Source: Epiperipatus broadwayi
Taxonomy: Eukaryota > Animalia > Onychophora
NCBI GenBank assembly: GCA_028023455.1
Contig: JAQFVV010000001.1
Span: 7,068,001-7,132,000, forward strand
Direction: 5' to 3'
DNA: 64,000 bases
Both the position numbers and the translations under genes were made by a program. Below the pieces are notes generated by a model. It ran no database searches, was not told the DNA's origin, and was given only the letters and a program-made list of their open reading frames with translations. Positions 25,001 through 38,564 of the stretch are shown piece by piece; positions within the stretch are counted from its first letter, which is position 1; each line of letters starts with the position of its first letter.

Positions 25001-26514
25001 TATGATGTTCAAGCACTAGAAGTGGCAGCTTGCACTTGAGTTTAAAATTCTCAAGTCCATCACTTTATCACTGCACAAACATCAATGGTTTTATTTTGGC
25101 TACTTATTATAAATTCTTTACTTTTTGCTTTCTTATTTAGGATCTCTAAAGTTGATGAATTTCTTTATAATAATATACGTGTCTTCTGTACATCTTAAGT
25201 TATATTCTCATTCCATGTTCTCATGTTTTGTTTTTTGTATTTTTCTGTGATCTTATCTGTCATTTTTTCCAATATATGATAAATATGCTTGGTGAGATTG
25301 AATTTTGTATTTTACAGTTTCTCTGTATATTTTCGGAGCTGCTTTTATATTTTAAATATTCTTTGAATGATTAATTAGTTTATTTTCTATTTTGTATGAT
25401 TTGATTATTGCTATTGCTCATATTTTTTTGGTCAGTTGTGTCAAAATCATTGGGAAAGTCAGCAAAACGTTTGTTTGTATGATATTTCTATCTTTTTAAA
25501 ATCCAATTTGTTCATCTGCGAAGTGTTCTTTTGCCTTAGCTTTTAATCTTTCATTCAAGATATTCATTAAGATTTTGACTAGAATACCTATTAGCATTAG
25601 TTCTTAATTTTATGTATTCTGTCTTGCTTTATTTTATTTTTTTTGGTAGATTAGTTTTAATAGTGATTTTTTTTTATTCTGTAGCTTCTACATTATTATT
25701 ACTATCTTTTGAAAAGTGAAGTATTATAAAAAAAATAAGTGCTTTGTAAATAATAAGTAAAATATTTTGCCATATCTCACCTTGCCTCCAAATAATGGAC
25801 TAATCCAGATTCCACCTCATCTTGTTCGGATTGAGCATTCATTGCCACAGAGCAATGGTAATACATATAGATAACATACATCCAATGGCAATAACAGGCC
25901 AAAAAGCCATGATGCTCACTGAATTAGATTGTTGCCATTATGGATGGAGATCTGATCATAAATAGTCAATCCATTTGTAGGTAAGTAAGGTCAGACAACA
26001 ACTGTCAAAGTTGAATGTCAGTATACACATTGTTCACTATATCGCTGAGCAGTGAAGCAAATTTATGTTAGAACTGGAAACTGCAGATATAAACCAAACA
26101 CAAGGCAAGCTGTAACAGAACGTTCAGAAGTGTCACCATATCTACTCAAAAGGCAGTCTGTCATGATACAACTGGAAATGGCAGGTAAACTTTTAGTGCA
26201 TCCGAAATCTCATCCTTTTACAGATGCACAGCAATTAGAAACTATACCTCACCAATGGTATTAGATGAAGATATAATAATTTTATAGTGCAAATACGCAA
26301 ACGAATATATGCTTATACTTTATTTTGAATTTCGAGTGCATTTTAAAAATTAAAGTATTATGTACACACTGCAGTTTTTAAGCCAACTTATTATTTACAT
26401 GTATAAAATTAGTTGGGTGAAAGTACAAATACGGTACCAAATAAAACATTAAATAAAATAAATAATCAAATGATTTTATTGCTTGAGAGTTCATAGCAAG
26501 TTCGAGTAATGGAA

Positions 26515-26592
26515 GGCGCTAGAATTGGAATCTATTTGAGGATTTTACACTCCAGAGTCTGAAACTCTATCAATGCACTAAACTGGGCAAGG
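26515..26592 (-). mobile_element. Decayed tRNA-derived SINE head (tentative)
   Basis: Minus strand gcccagtttagtgcattgatagagtttcagactctggagtgtaaaatcctcaaatagattcc follows a tRNA A-box...B-box layout with degenerate boxes. Confidence 0.3.
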
Positions 26593-26931
26593 CTATTAAA
26601 GCAGCAATGAAGATTGAAGTTTTACAGAGTGACTTTTTATAAATTAATAATTTAGATAACAATTTTTTAAAATCATTGCACTGTCAATCTTTTCACTTTA
26701 ATCTTCTGAATTTTTTTCCACACTTCAGCAATTTTGATTAATATGAAAAATTAAAAAAAAAAAAGCCCTGCTTCTACTTTTTAATGTTTAAATTTTAGTG
26801 AAATTGCAAAATTTCAAAATACTGGATGCTTTATGAAAATGTTTTAAATACTGTACGATCATTCATAGATAGTGTGCTTCTTTGCAATAAATTTTTTTAT
26901 TTAAATTAAAAAGAGAAAAATTAACTTTAAA

Positions 26932-27109
26932 TAGAGGGATTTGAACTCAGGATTTTTCAGTCTATTTGTTTTCCATTTCAAATAACCGATCTAGCCCAAC
27001 TGATGAGTGCTGGTTCTGCACAAAATACGTATATTGGGGATCATATGTATTAGTTGCTTGAGATGGAATGGAGGACGAATAGGATTAATCCTGAGTTCAA
27101 ATCCCTCTA
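26932..27109. mobile_element. Short TIR element; perfect 23-bp terminal inverted repeats containing a B-box-like GTTCAAATC
   Basis: tagagggatttgaactcaggatt (26932-26954) and aatcctgagttcaaatccctcta (27087-27109). Interior ccaactgatgagtgctggttctgcacaaaatacgtatattgg matches the 46.2-46.9 kb repeat. Confidence 0.75.
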
Positions 27110-28249
27110 CTTACATATATGAAACAGTCAGTATAAGCAAGTTACATACTGCCTTAGAATTAAAAATTAACTTTGTTTTTGCATAAAATTTGTAATTTAA
27201 GCTCAAACTTAATAATTAAGATATAGTTTTAGATAAGCATTTAAAATTTTTAAATGCTGTGGCAATTTTTTTAATTCATTATTCTTATTCTTATAATAAA
27301 CCTATTGTCAGTCTTTTTCCTATTACATCTTTGAATAAATAGTCAAGTGATTGGATAAAAAATAGACATTTATATAGATATTAATGCTAAGACATATTTT
27401 CAGAATTAATTTAATTTAAAAAGTTATTATTTTACTAAGTGGTCTGTAATTAATTGTTTATAATATAAATTTGTAAATTAATAATGTAATTAAATATTTG
27501 TAGTTATATGTTGAGAATATTTTCATGATCTAATTTAATTATTAAATGTTCCTAGAAAAAAATTAAACTTTATGCTTTTCCAAGAACATTCAAGTTTTGG
27601 ATAACACATAGGTTAGCATTATTAATGATTGAATGCATTAGGAAAAGTATAAATAAATATTGAATTTTTTTTAAAGCATTTATAATTAAAGAAATGATGG
27701 AAACATTCCATTATATAACTACAGGTAAAATGTCAGCATCATTAAGTTTTGAATAATTCTGTATTTGTCCAAAATAAGAAGGCAAAATAAATTATAAATT
27801 TTTTATTAATTAATACCTAGAATTATAGTGAAATATTTTAACTTAGTGTTAACTACTGCTCATTTTTTGATTTCCTTAAAAGAATCTACTTAAGAATGGA
27901 AATCAATCTCACATATATTGTAAAAGCAGACTTTATTTAGAAGTAAGAAGAAAATAAATTGGCTTTGTAATCTTTTGATTCTGCAGACGTTAAGTGATTT
28001 TTCAAAAATACAAGCCATGTGTTTCTATTCTGTATAGATATTGTGAAAATTATCATATATTCAGAAATATTAGATATCATCATTATTGTCTTGCATGGTT
28101 TGACGAAATAAGTAGAGCATCTGATTTGGGACCTGGAGATCCCAGAATTGATACTGGCACTTACAAGTCCTAGTACTAAAACTTTTTGTGAACTTCCAAG
28201 CAATAAAGCCATATACCTATTATTATTTATATTATCATTATTGATCTAT

Positions 28250-29700
28250 TACAGGATGAAGGTCTTTCCAAGTTGAATCCAATTTTTCTGCTATATGGCC
28301 TCTCTTCTCTATATTATACCAACAAACTTCTTTATTTCACGCATCTATTTCACACGTGGTCTTTTTACCTAGATGTTTTACAATCTCTTGGAATCCTGTT
28401 TAAACTTCAAATGACCATCTTTACATTTTAATTCTTTCACTGATATATTTCACGTTCAGTCCCTTTTTTTATTTCCAGTCATATCTTTCTATATTCCATT
28501 GAATGTTCTGAAGTCTATATTACTCTTCTGTTAAGTGTCCTAGTCTCCGATCCATAAATAAGAACTGGTAAAAAAAAACAAAAAACATATCTATTCAAAA
28601 CTTTTTTATCAAATACATAGATATATTTTCTTTTAACACAGAGTTATTTTTTCGTCCAAGATTAATTCTGGGATTAATAATTTGATTAAGGTATTTGTAA
28701 TTTTTAACTTCTTCTAATTCACGATTATTAATTTCTTTTTTTTCTGAAAAAATTATTGAACATCATTTTAGTCTTTTTAGTACTTATCTTTAGTTCTATT
28801 TTTTTCCTCTCATCTAATAACTTATACAATATTTCCTGAAACTTTGAAGCAACTGCTGTAAAAAGATTTGGATATATGGAATCATCTTAGTTTATAATCT
28901 CATCAATGTTAATATTTTTAATATTACCATGTAATGTAATCATTGGGTTTATATTTTGATAATTCAAAGCTTTAGTCATCATAGAAATGATTATAGAATC
29001 AAATGTCTTTTTATAATCAATATTATAAAACATAATAGCAACTTATATTCATTGATTCTTTCTCTAAGTTCTCTCAATACTTGAAAATAATTCACTATAT
29101 TAAAAACACTTTTAAATCCAACTTATTCTTTTGGTTAATCTGAATCCAATTTTACTGTAGACAAGTTGTAATTATCTTGATAAAGGTTTTGTTTAGAATT
29201 TATAGAAATCTTCATAGGCTTGTTATTTCTAACATTTTCTTCATCACCTTTTTTTACATATCAATACCATTACTGCATTTTTACAATCATCTGGTATTTA
29301 TTTATCATTTAGATACTGGGTATATAGCTTTCCCAACAATTTTTTTTATTTTTTTCATCTGCTTCTTTTAAGATATCAATAATAGTTGCATCATTCCCTG
29401 GAATTTGTCTCTTTTTTATAGATGTTTCACCTCTTCATTTAAAATGCTTGGTAATTCAGATGCAGTAATTATAGTGCTTACTTTGGTTTCTTGCTTTTTA
29501 TTACTGTATAATTTCTTGTAGAACTCTCACATATTGCTTGATTTTTTTTTTCTAAATAATAATTCTGTTATCTTCAGCTTTTCTTTCAAAACAAAATGAT
29601 TTATATTTGTGAAACTTTTATTTTCTGTAGTTTATGTTGCCAATTCAGTTATATATTTTTTTAATTATTAACTACTTCTTGTACTATTTTATAGAACTCC
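28250..29700 (-). mobile_element. Degenerate RTE-clade LINE (RT region and 3' end)
   Basis: Minus-strand QIPGNDA (~KAPGxDG, ~29400), IDYK/FDS (~29010) and LKISTKKTKMMFN (~28770). Confidence 0.55.
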
Positions 29701-29745
29701 AGATACTCAGTTTTTTTTAATAGTTCATTTTTAAATATTTTATTG

Positions 29746-29902
29746 TCTATATATCTATCCATCCATCTATCTGTCTATATCTATCTATCCATTTACCTTT
29801 ATACCTACTTGTCTGTCTATCTGTCTCTATCCATCTGTCTATCCACCCATATATCCATTCATCTATCTATCTACATTCATTCATCCATCTATCCATCCAT
29901 CA
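29746..29902. repeat. Degenerate (TCTA/TCCA)n microsatellite
   Basis: Runs of tcta, tcca and tctg; explains ORF 29743-29961. Confidence 0.9.
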
Positions 29903-32484
29903 TCTCAATTGAAAATTTTGCTGGTGAATTATTACTTTTTTATACCAGGTATTTTTGTTAGTGCTTTTAGTAAAGTATGTTATCTTATGATATCACCTAA
30001 GTTTGAACAGTCTTCAAAATCTGCCAATATTTTAAAATGATTAGCAAGGTTTAATTTAAATTCATTGGAGTGGTTCTGAAAGTTAAGAATGCCATCTATT
30101 AATATTGTCTTTTTTGATAGTTTTTATGTTAACTTTTGCATTAACATATCTTACATCTCACTAATCGATGATTGCTTTCAGTGTTGAATCTGTTATAAAA
30201 ATAACAATCTTGAAATAATTCTGTTAATCAAAGATAATTTGTTAATGCTGTCTCTTCATTTGGATATTGTTGTGCTCATTTCTGTTTAACATTTTTCTCA
30301 AAAAAGAATTTATAATATTGGTATGTAATTTTTTTTATTCCGCAAATTCCATAATTTTGTGTCCTTTTTCATTTCTAACATCATAAATCAAATATAATCA
30401 CAGTAGTTTCATCTTTTAGTTGATTTCCCATTCTAGCATTAAAATCTATAACAATTTTAAAATGTTATTTGATGAACTACATAAAAGTTGTCTGCTTCTT
30501 CTTTGCAATGAGAATCTATTAAGATGTAAATAAACCGGAATTATCTGCATTTAATATCTTCCATTATGTTGAATATATGTATGTATATATCTATAATATT
30601 TTTTTAAATTAAAGATGATGTGTGATTAAGATTAGCTTATTGTCTTAGAAGTAACAGCATGCTTATTTTAAATAGAAAAATAAAACCATAATGTGTTTAT
30701 TTATTCTTATAAATAATGCTAAAATAGTGATTTATATTTTATCAAAAATGAATATTACATTTTAGCACATTAATCCAGCATTTACTTTTAAATCTGCAGT
30801 TTTAACTTATCTTGTCAGTGTTAGAAATTCATAAAATTTATTAATTTTATGAATTTTAATGATTTTTTTTGTTTTGTTTATATGGATAGCATATAATTGA
30901 AGGAATGTATCTTGATGAAGCACATATCATGGGTTTATTGTATTTGTCTGGTACATAAATAGTCTACACAATCTGATGCTGAAATAATCATAAAAGAATC
31001 TTACCATTTTGTCTGAAATGCAGTTAATCTCTATAGTACAAATTTTATTTCACTTGTGCTTTCAATATTTGTGCCATTATAGTAAAGTACATATCCATTT
31101 ATCAAATTAATTGTCTCTTCACCTTTTCTTCTAACTTCACAGAGTATAATAATGTCCTATTTAATATTAGACTTTTTTTTTTCCAGTTCATGCAATCTTT
31201 CTTTGCTCGAAAATTATCTGCTGCTGTAAATTGCTAATCATTAAGATTCTTTCTACTCTCAATCTTCCATTGCTAACCACTGCTTTAGCTGATAACTTTA
31301 CAGCCTTCTGGTAATAAGAACCACAATTTAGTTTTAATTTGTTATGATTGTAAATAATGAAAAAAAAAAAAAAGAATCATTCATATGCATAGTCATCCTG
31401 CCTTTAAGAAAATTCAGTTGATGTTTCATTTTAAGAGCTGTCAAGCAACTGAGAAGAAGGTCATGTTATTTTTTGTTTTTAAAACTCATTGGTAAAAGTC
31501 CAATAAACTCATCACACTGTCTGATGCTTCTTCAAGATTACCTCATTCATGTTCCTTTACTATATGATTAATCACATAATAATAACAGCTACAATGACAA
31601 GCGTGGAATGAACTTTAAAAATCTGCCCTGCTTAGCAGTTCCTTTAAGATCTCGAAGAAGAATCAAAGGATCTCTTTTCAGTTAACAGCAAATTTTTTTC
31701 TACAATCACTTATAAATATATATTAATATAAAATTGCAATATTGATCTTTGAACTATTTTATCTTATGTCATAATATCTTTTTGTGGTGGTTCTAAGAGA
31801 ACTCAAATCATGAATTTATATTATACCAATCATTCCTCTTTCCTAAATGTAGATTATTGGATAGGATTTTTGACACATCAAAGTTATAGAAGGAAGTTCA
31901 TTTATGTATTACTTGCTAGAATGTATTTTTGTTATTAAATGAAATGCTTAAATGCATAATTTAAATTTACGTATGAATGAATCAGAAAGAAATGGGTTAT
32001 GAATTCTTTTTAGTTCTGATTTCTTATTTAATATATTGAACTATAATGGAAATTACTATAAATCGTTTATATATATATATAATACTTTAATATAAAAATA
32101 TAAATAAATATTATAGACAACTATTTGAATTAATAAATAATAAATAAATCAAATCGATTTTCGTTCAAAATGAATCTTCTCAAGATGTTAGAATAAATCA
32201 AAAAGTCACATGATTTATATTAACTTAGTATACACTTATTGTTCAAATTAAATCTTAAAAATTATTAAAAAATTTTAATGTTTAATTTTAATTCCTTCAT
32301 ATGATATATATATATATGTCAACTGTTGGACAAATTTGTTCAATTTTACATGCCAGCATTTTTAGACAGCAAAATATTTTATTACTGAAACTATAGTTAT
32401 TGGATAGCTTTATTTAATCCTAAGCATTGTATATGAAAAAAAAAAAATGATGCCAACACTTACATGTGATTTTCTTTTTTTAAG

Positions 32485-32584
32485 ATTGATGATGATCTGA
32501 CTGCAAGAATCAATATGGCTGATTATAAATTTAGTTTTCAAGAAAGAGGCAAAATGTACACACCAGCTTGGATAGCTCCAGAAG
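32485..32584 (+). CDS. Ilk: Integrin-linked kinase, internal exon ([33 protein letters not shown])
   Basis: AG/GT boundaries; 100 nt, phase 0 to 1. DFG-replacement motif (DYK) and APE motif. Confidence 0.97.
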
Positions 32585-35135
32585 GTTTGTATATAATCAT
32601 CTTTTGATATTTCTGAATCATAATTGGTATTATTTAATGCAATATCTTATATTATTTTTGAAATTATTATATAAATTTATTTGAAGTTAAATAATTTTAG
32701 AAAATGTTTTAAGATAATTAATACATAAGTAGTGAATAGTGATTCTTTCACCTCTTTTAAAATATTATCTTTCCAATTTACATTTATTTTTTCAATGAGT
32801 TTTTTTTTCTTATTATGTGAAATTGTATGTATAGTCTATCACAGTAATAGATATCTGGACTTTGGCATCTATGAATTATAGCCTATTAGCAATAAATCAT
32901 TCAATGATTATTTATTATTTAAAATTTAGGGATGTTCTTTGTATTGTCTATCATGAAATAGAAGAAACAAGCAGAAAACAGTCTCAAAATGAATATTGTG
33001 ATCTTCTCAAAGAAATTTCTAATTTTTTTAAAAAAGTATTTCCTTCCCATCTTTTTAGTTTAAAAGTATCATTCAATTATTTTTTAAAGAGTAGTTTTTA
33101 GAAACCATTGTTAAATCCATATCTGACATTTTTTTAATTTATTATTATGAGGTTACAAATGTTCTCTAGTTTGTTACTGTAATTCATTTGTCTCTGCCGA
33201 ATCTGTTGTATATTCAGGCAGATCTAAGTGATATATTTTATCACTGGTTTGTAAATATAACGAATCTATTTGCTTTGCACTCACGTATTTTTTCCAAATT
33301 GCCGAGTGATTTTTTATTCAGGCAGAATAATAATTTTAATACGATGAATGTCTTTAAATGCACACTCGTGTATTTACTCTATATGTTTGTTGAACTGCAT
33401 CAAATCTGTTGTATTTGGCATATTCTATTCTATTTTTCCAGTTGTGGGGGAAAATATTCCTTTTGTCTGACTGCATCAAATCTATTGTTTGGCTGAATTG
33501 CAGGATCCAGACTCAAACTAACAGTAATATCAAAAAATATTAACACTCAATAGTTGTATGTAGATAAACATAGTTAATACTGTGCTGGTCATACCAAATG
33601 ACTGAACTCACTTCCAGCTATATATATTAGCTTATCTCATGAGTTCTAGTCTTAACTCTTCCGGCTGTACAAGACAGCTTGCCTGAGTCTGCCATAGTCA
33701 TAGCAATTTCCGGTCCTATTAGGACTTCCCTCATGATTTAATAAAATACTACACATCTTTAGCTTTGCGGTTATTGTGTTTTTAGTGCTATATTGACTTA
33801 CTATAGTGAATATAGTAGAAACACTTTTGCTGTTAGAAGTGGTTTCAATGGAGAGCATGTTCAGTTGTATAGACAGACAGACGTTTTCTGACTTGCCTCC
33901 AAAAAGGCTGACTATTTATTGCCAGATCCCTTACTGGCAGCAATCAGATTCAGAGAGCCTAAAACATATTTACACATTTGCCATACTTGTTGTTACCCTT
34001 TGGCCATGTTTATTCATTGATTATCCACATGTTTACACATTTTTAATGCCATGAGTGCTCGATCCGATCAAATAAGGAAGGAATCTGAACTATTCTACTT
34101 TTAAAGGCAAGGTCAGATATGACAGCTTTAATACATTTTCTAAAGTTTGCACTACTTTAATTAATTTTTATGAGTCAAGATTTAAAACTTATTTGAATCA
34201 GTGAATATAAAGTATTTAGCTATTTCTATTCCTTTTTTATTTCACTCAAATTTTCTTTTTGATATAAAAGATCAAGTTTTTTGTTTATTTTCAGAAGAAA
34301 ATCTTTTTATAAGATTTTCACTTATAATTATCACCAACTATTCATAAACTTATAACTAATCGTTATGAATATTAATTGACAATACAAATTTAATAAACAC
34401 TTATATAGAAAAAAATATGTTTAAGAAAATATTGTATTAATATTTATAGAAAAAATCATATTTAAGTTTTTTTTAAATGTATTTTCATATAAGGTATTGA
34501 ATAGATTAATTCCAGAAAGGAGAAAAATAATTTGGTCATTTTATTCTTTAATTAAAATCTGGAAAAGGAGAATCATCAAATCAACTTGTGATTTAGTATG
34601 TCTGCCAAAAATTTATTACAACAAGTTTATTATAAACAGTAAATGAATATTATAATACAGTAATCAATTCTGTATAGTCTGATGCATTGTGGAAAAGACA
34701 TTCTACAAAAAACTATAAATTTTAGCTATAACCTAATCATTCATTGTCTTAAAGAAAAAATACTTTTGTGTGAATTATTGCAGATTTAAACCAAACATTC
34801 TATTTCTTACTGGCATTTAATAATAAATCATTTGTCACATTAATGGTAATATCAGAAATAATCTTTTGGGGAACCATGATAACTCAAAGTGAAATATCCA
34901 TTACGCTATTGTCATATTGAACTATACTTTATAGATATTCCAAAGATGAATTCTGAATTCTACTAGCACATATTCCAATATGCTTATTAAGTATTTTCAA
35001 TTATGACTAATCTTTGTAAGATATAGTGAAAAACAGTTTACAGTAAGAAAGTGTGATATATTGACGAACTTAAAAAAATTATGAATATAGCAATAACTAT
35101 TTTCAATGAATTTGTTGCATAAAAGATAAATGCTA

Positions 35136-36150
35136 CCATGTTTCCCTGATAATAAAACCCAGTCTTATATTAATTTTTGCTCCAAAAGACACCACAGATC
35201 TTATTTTCAGGGGATGTAATATTTTTTTCATGTATAAAAATATATATTTATTTAAGTACTTCTCTTTACAGAAAGCTGTAAGATTCTTACCTGGAGAGTC
35301 CATCACAATTCCTTGTACTCACCAGAATAACTCTTTTTTTTTTTGCATTCGTCTTATCTGGTGATCAGAAAATTCCATTTTAATTTACCATTAAGTCAAA
35401 TGTTAATTGAAGATTTGCCAGGCACGAGTGATAACAAAAATGATTACAGTTAAGAATGGTTTGTCCAAAGAAAAGCAACAAAAAATGCAAGCACAAAAAT
35501 TCAGAAAATGTTTCTGTATTTCATATATGCACATCAAGTTCATTCTTTATAACATACGGTGGCATATTGAATTACGACGATTCATATATGATGCAACTAC
35601 ATCCATCTGTTATCAAACACTTTTCAAATTACTTGTAATAACCTTGCTTGGGTATTTTTTTTTAAACTTTTCTTCAGGAGAAAGATTGATTTAATTTAAG
35701 CTAAGTTTTATTAAAATCACTTCCGTTATTTTAATAAAATCTTTTAGGAGGAAAAAAAAAATGTTTAAGAAATTTATCTTGAATATTTAAAAGTTACCAT
35801 GATGAAATTCTAAAACTAAATCAAGCATTCTAAATCTAAATATATAAAAAGAAATTATAAATTGTCCAATATACTGACTTGTTGTAAATAAATTGTTTCT
35901 CTACACAGGTAGAATTACATTTTTCGAAAATTATCTACGGGAAAATACAACAACCAGTTAATTTATATTCCATTTATTCAAAGCACTAATGTCAATAATG
36001 TTGTTTATTTATACATTCATTACTTTATAACTCAATACATCCATCGACTATCTATGTGACTGACATAACTAGGGCTTATATTATAAGTATCCTGAAAAAA
36101 AAATACTAGGGCTTATTATCTGGTTAGGTCTTATTTTCAGGGAAACATGG
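35136..36150. mobile_element. Non-autonomous Tc1/mariner-superfamily element (Tc2/Kanga-like TIRs), 1015 bp, TA target duplication
   Basis: ta|ccatgtttccctgataataaaacc ... ggtcttattttcagggaaacatgg|ta; subterminal repeats ctagggcttat. TIR resembles CCGTGTTTCCCCGAAAATAAGACC from memory of Tc2-type ends. Confidence 0.75.
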
Positions 36151-37528
36151 TATTTTCAAATATTACTAATGGCATGCTCATACTAGTGGACAACAAATTA
36201 AGATTATATATAAATAAAACTATATAATTGAAATCAAATCATATTCAATTTTCTATATAAATCGTATTATAATTTTAACTAATCTTTTGTATATATTGGG
36301 ATACAAAAGTTTTGATTCTTTGATAATTTATTACATTTTTCCTGTATATAAAATTAATTTTCCTTTTTTTATTTTTCATATTTAATATTGCATAATAATT
36401 TAAATTTTGATTTAAACTAACAGTATAGGAATGTATATAATTTAATGTATGACTAAGAAATCTCACATAAAATATTTATTTAATGTGAAATGTTATGATA
36501 GGTAACGAATATATTTTGCTGCTAAATGGAATAGTATATGATAACAAGCAAAGTACTGTCCAAAAACTTGTGCTGAAACACTTTCTTCTGGAGTTTTATT
36601 CAACAAATTCATAAAAATGACATTTGAATGTATTCAGTTTTTTGAATGAGAATCCTACATTGCACTTCAATGGTATTGTTTGCAGACATTGTATTATAGT
36701 ACAGTATATGTCAATTATTCATTGATAATCTAAACTGCATGAAAAAAAGTATCTGCTCCATGTAATACATGAATTATAATGTAAAAAAAAAAACCAATTT
36801 TTATAGATTAACTGGATTTGCTTTTCTTTAAATACTTTAACAAAGAGACATACTTTTTTAGGTTGTTTTTCTTTCTTATTGTAAAATTGTGTGACATTCC
36901 ATTGTAGAATGATAAAATTAATTTTCAGCATTAGTCTTTTACTATATTTTGCTATTGTTATGAGAAAATATTTTATGAAAATTTTTGATGCAAGAGGATC
37001 AGAAAATGAGATGCAACTGATGTATCTTTATTCTTTTTATTTGGAAACATGTGCTCAATAAAAATAAACTTAAAACTTATGAAAAAATTGCAGTTGTGTT
37101 CATACACATTAATATTAGTTCATATGGTGTAAGAAAAATTCAAAGATGTAATTATATTGTTAGCATTAAAAACTGATTTAAAGTCAAAAATTATCATTTT
37201 AAATTTTTATTGTAATAAACAAATAAATAATATTTATTAAATCATTTCTATCTATTTAAAATATTTATATATATTAATTGACTATTAAACAGCAAGTGAA
37301 TATATTAATCTTTTGGCTAAGTTTAAATAATGTTAATTGTAGTTCCATTATTTATAAAAATTGAATTCTTTATCAGAGGTTCACTTTCATTTCTTATCAT
37401 AATTCAGAGAAATAATGGCTCAAAAACTTTTAGTTTTAATTTATTTAGGCATGATATCTAAGTTTTTTATTTACTGTTTTTTTTTTTTTATTTCATTATT
37501 ATTTATATATACACAATTTAACATATAG

Positions 37529-37659
37529 CTTTACAGAAAAAAAAAGAAGATATAAATGTTAAAGCTTCTGACATGTGGAGTTATGCCATATTATTGTGGG
37601 AACTGGCAACCCGTGAAGTACCATTCTCTGATCTATCTCCTATGGAAATTGGAATGAAG
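37529..37659 (+). CDS. Ilk: Integrin-linked kinase, penultimate exon ([44 protein letters not shown])
   Basis: AG/GT boundaries; 131 nt, phase 1 to 0; matches ILK subdomain IX. Confidence 0.97.
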
Positions 37660-37862
37660 GTATTAATGACACAAATTAAAATAAGTATTAGAATTAATCA
37701 TTATTGAGTTAAATAAGAATTATTTTTTGGAAAAATACATTTCATAACAATTTTTTCTTTTTTGATAATTTTAATGCGAAATATTTATTTTTAAGTAAAT
37801 TTAATATGATTATAGTATTTTTATAATAAATGTATGTTTCTAATTTATTTTACACTTTGCAG

Positions 37863-38009
37863 ATAGCTTTAGAAGGATTAAGAATTACAATTCCTCCAGG
37901 AATTTCACAGCATATGGTAAAACTCATTAGGATTTGTATGAATGAAGATCCAGGAAAACGACCAAGCTTTGATATGATCTTGCCAATCTTAGAAAAAATG
38001 AAACATTGA
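37863..38009 (+). CDS. Ilk: Integrin-linked kinase, last coding exon ([48 protein letters not shown])
   Basis: tttgcag acceptor; 49 codons ending TGA; matches the ILK C-terminus ALEGLR..IPPGIS...CMNEDP.KRP.FDMI.PILEKM. Confidence 0.97.
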   Translation: MALEGLRITIPPGISQHMVKLIRICMNEDPGKRPSFDMILPILEKMKH

Positions 38010-38558
38010 ACCAATCAAAAGTTTTTAGTTTCTACAATAATACTAAGAGTTATATTTTGATTCTACAAGTGAACAAATACTCTACTGATTTCTGCAATAA
38101 CAGTATACATTGCTGACAATCTATTTATTATGAATTTAAGTTATTATTTTCTCCATGAAAGAAAAAAAAAAAATCATTTCATTTTTTATTTATTATATTT
38201 TATTATAATTTATTTTTCATTTAGTTTGGACAGCCATTGCTCTATTTATGTGCCTTCCTCTTACACTTTTTCAGGTGTCTTAATGTTACGATGCTTTTGT
38301 TCATTTTGAAGTTGACATCAATGAACTTAGTAAAATTCATTGGAATAACATAATGATAATTGACATTCATTTTAAGAGATATTTTGTTTTAGATTATAAA
38401 ATATTTGCTTATGCCTTCAAAAGGTGTAAATTATAAATATACTTTACAATGAGAAAATATGCCTTGCTTTTTTTTTTATACATTTTTTTCTCAGATTAAT
38501 TTGTAAATTAGTATGTATTTTAGTTTTATCAAGTCTTTATATATACTGCTGTTACATA

Positions 38559-38564
38559 AATAAA
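38559..38564 (+). terminator. Candidate Ilk polyadenylation signal
   Basis: AATAAA ~550 nt after the stop, followed by a T-rich tract. Another lies at 38698; the AT-rich background makes this weak. Confidence 0.3.

Noticed and set aside
29743-29961. 72-aa S/I/Y/L-rich ORF
   Set aside because: Translation of a (TCTA)n microsatellite.
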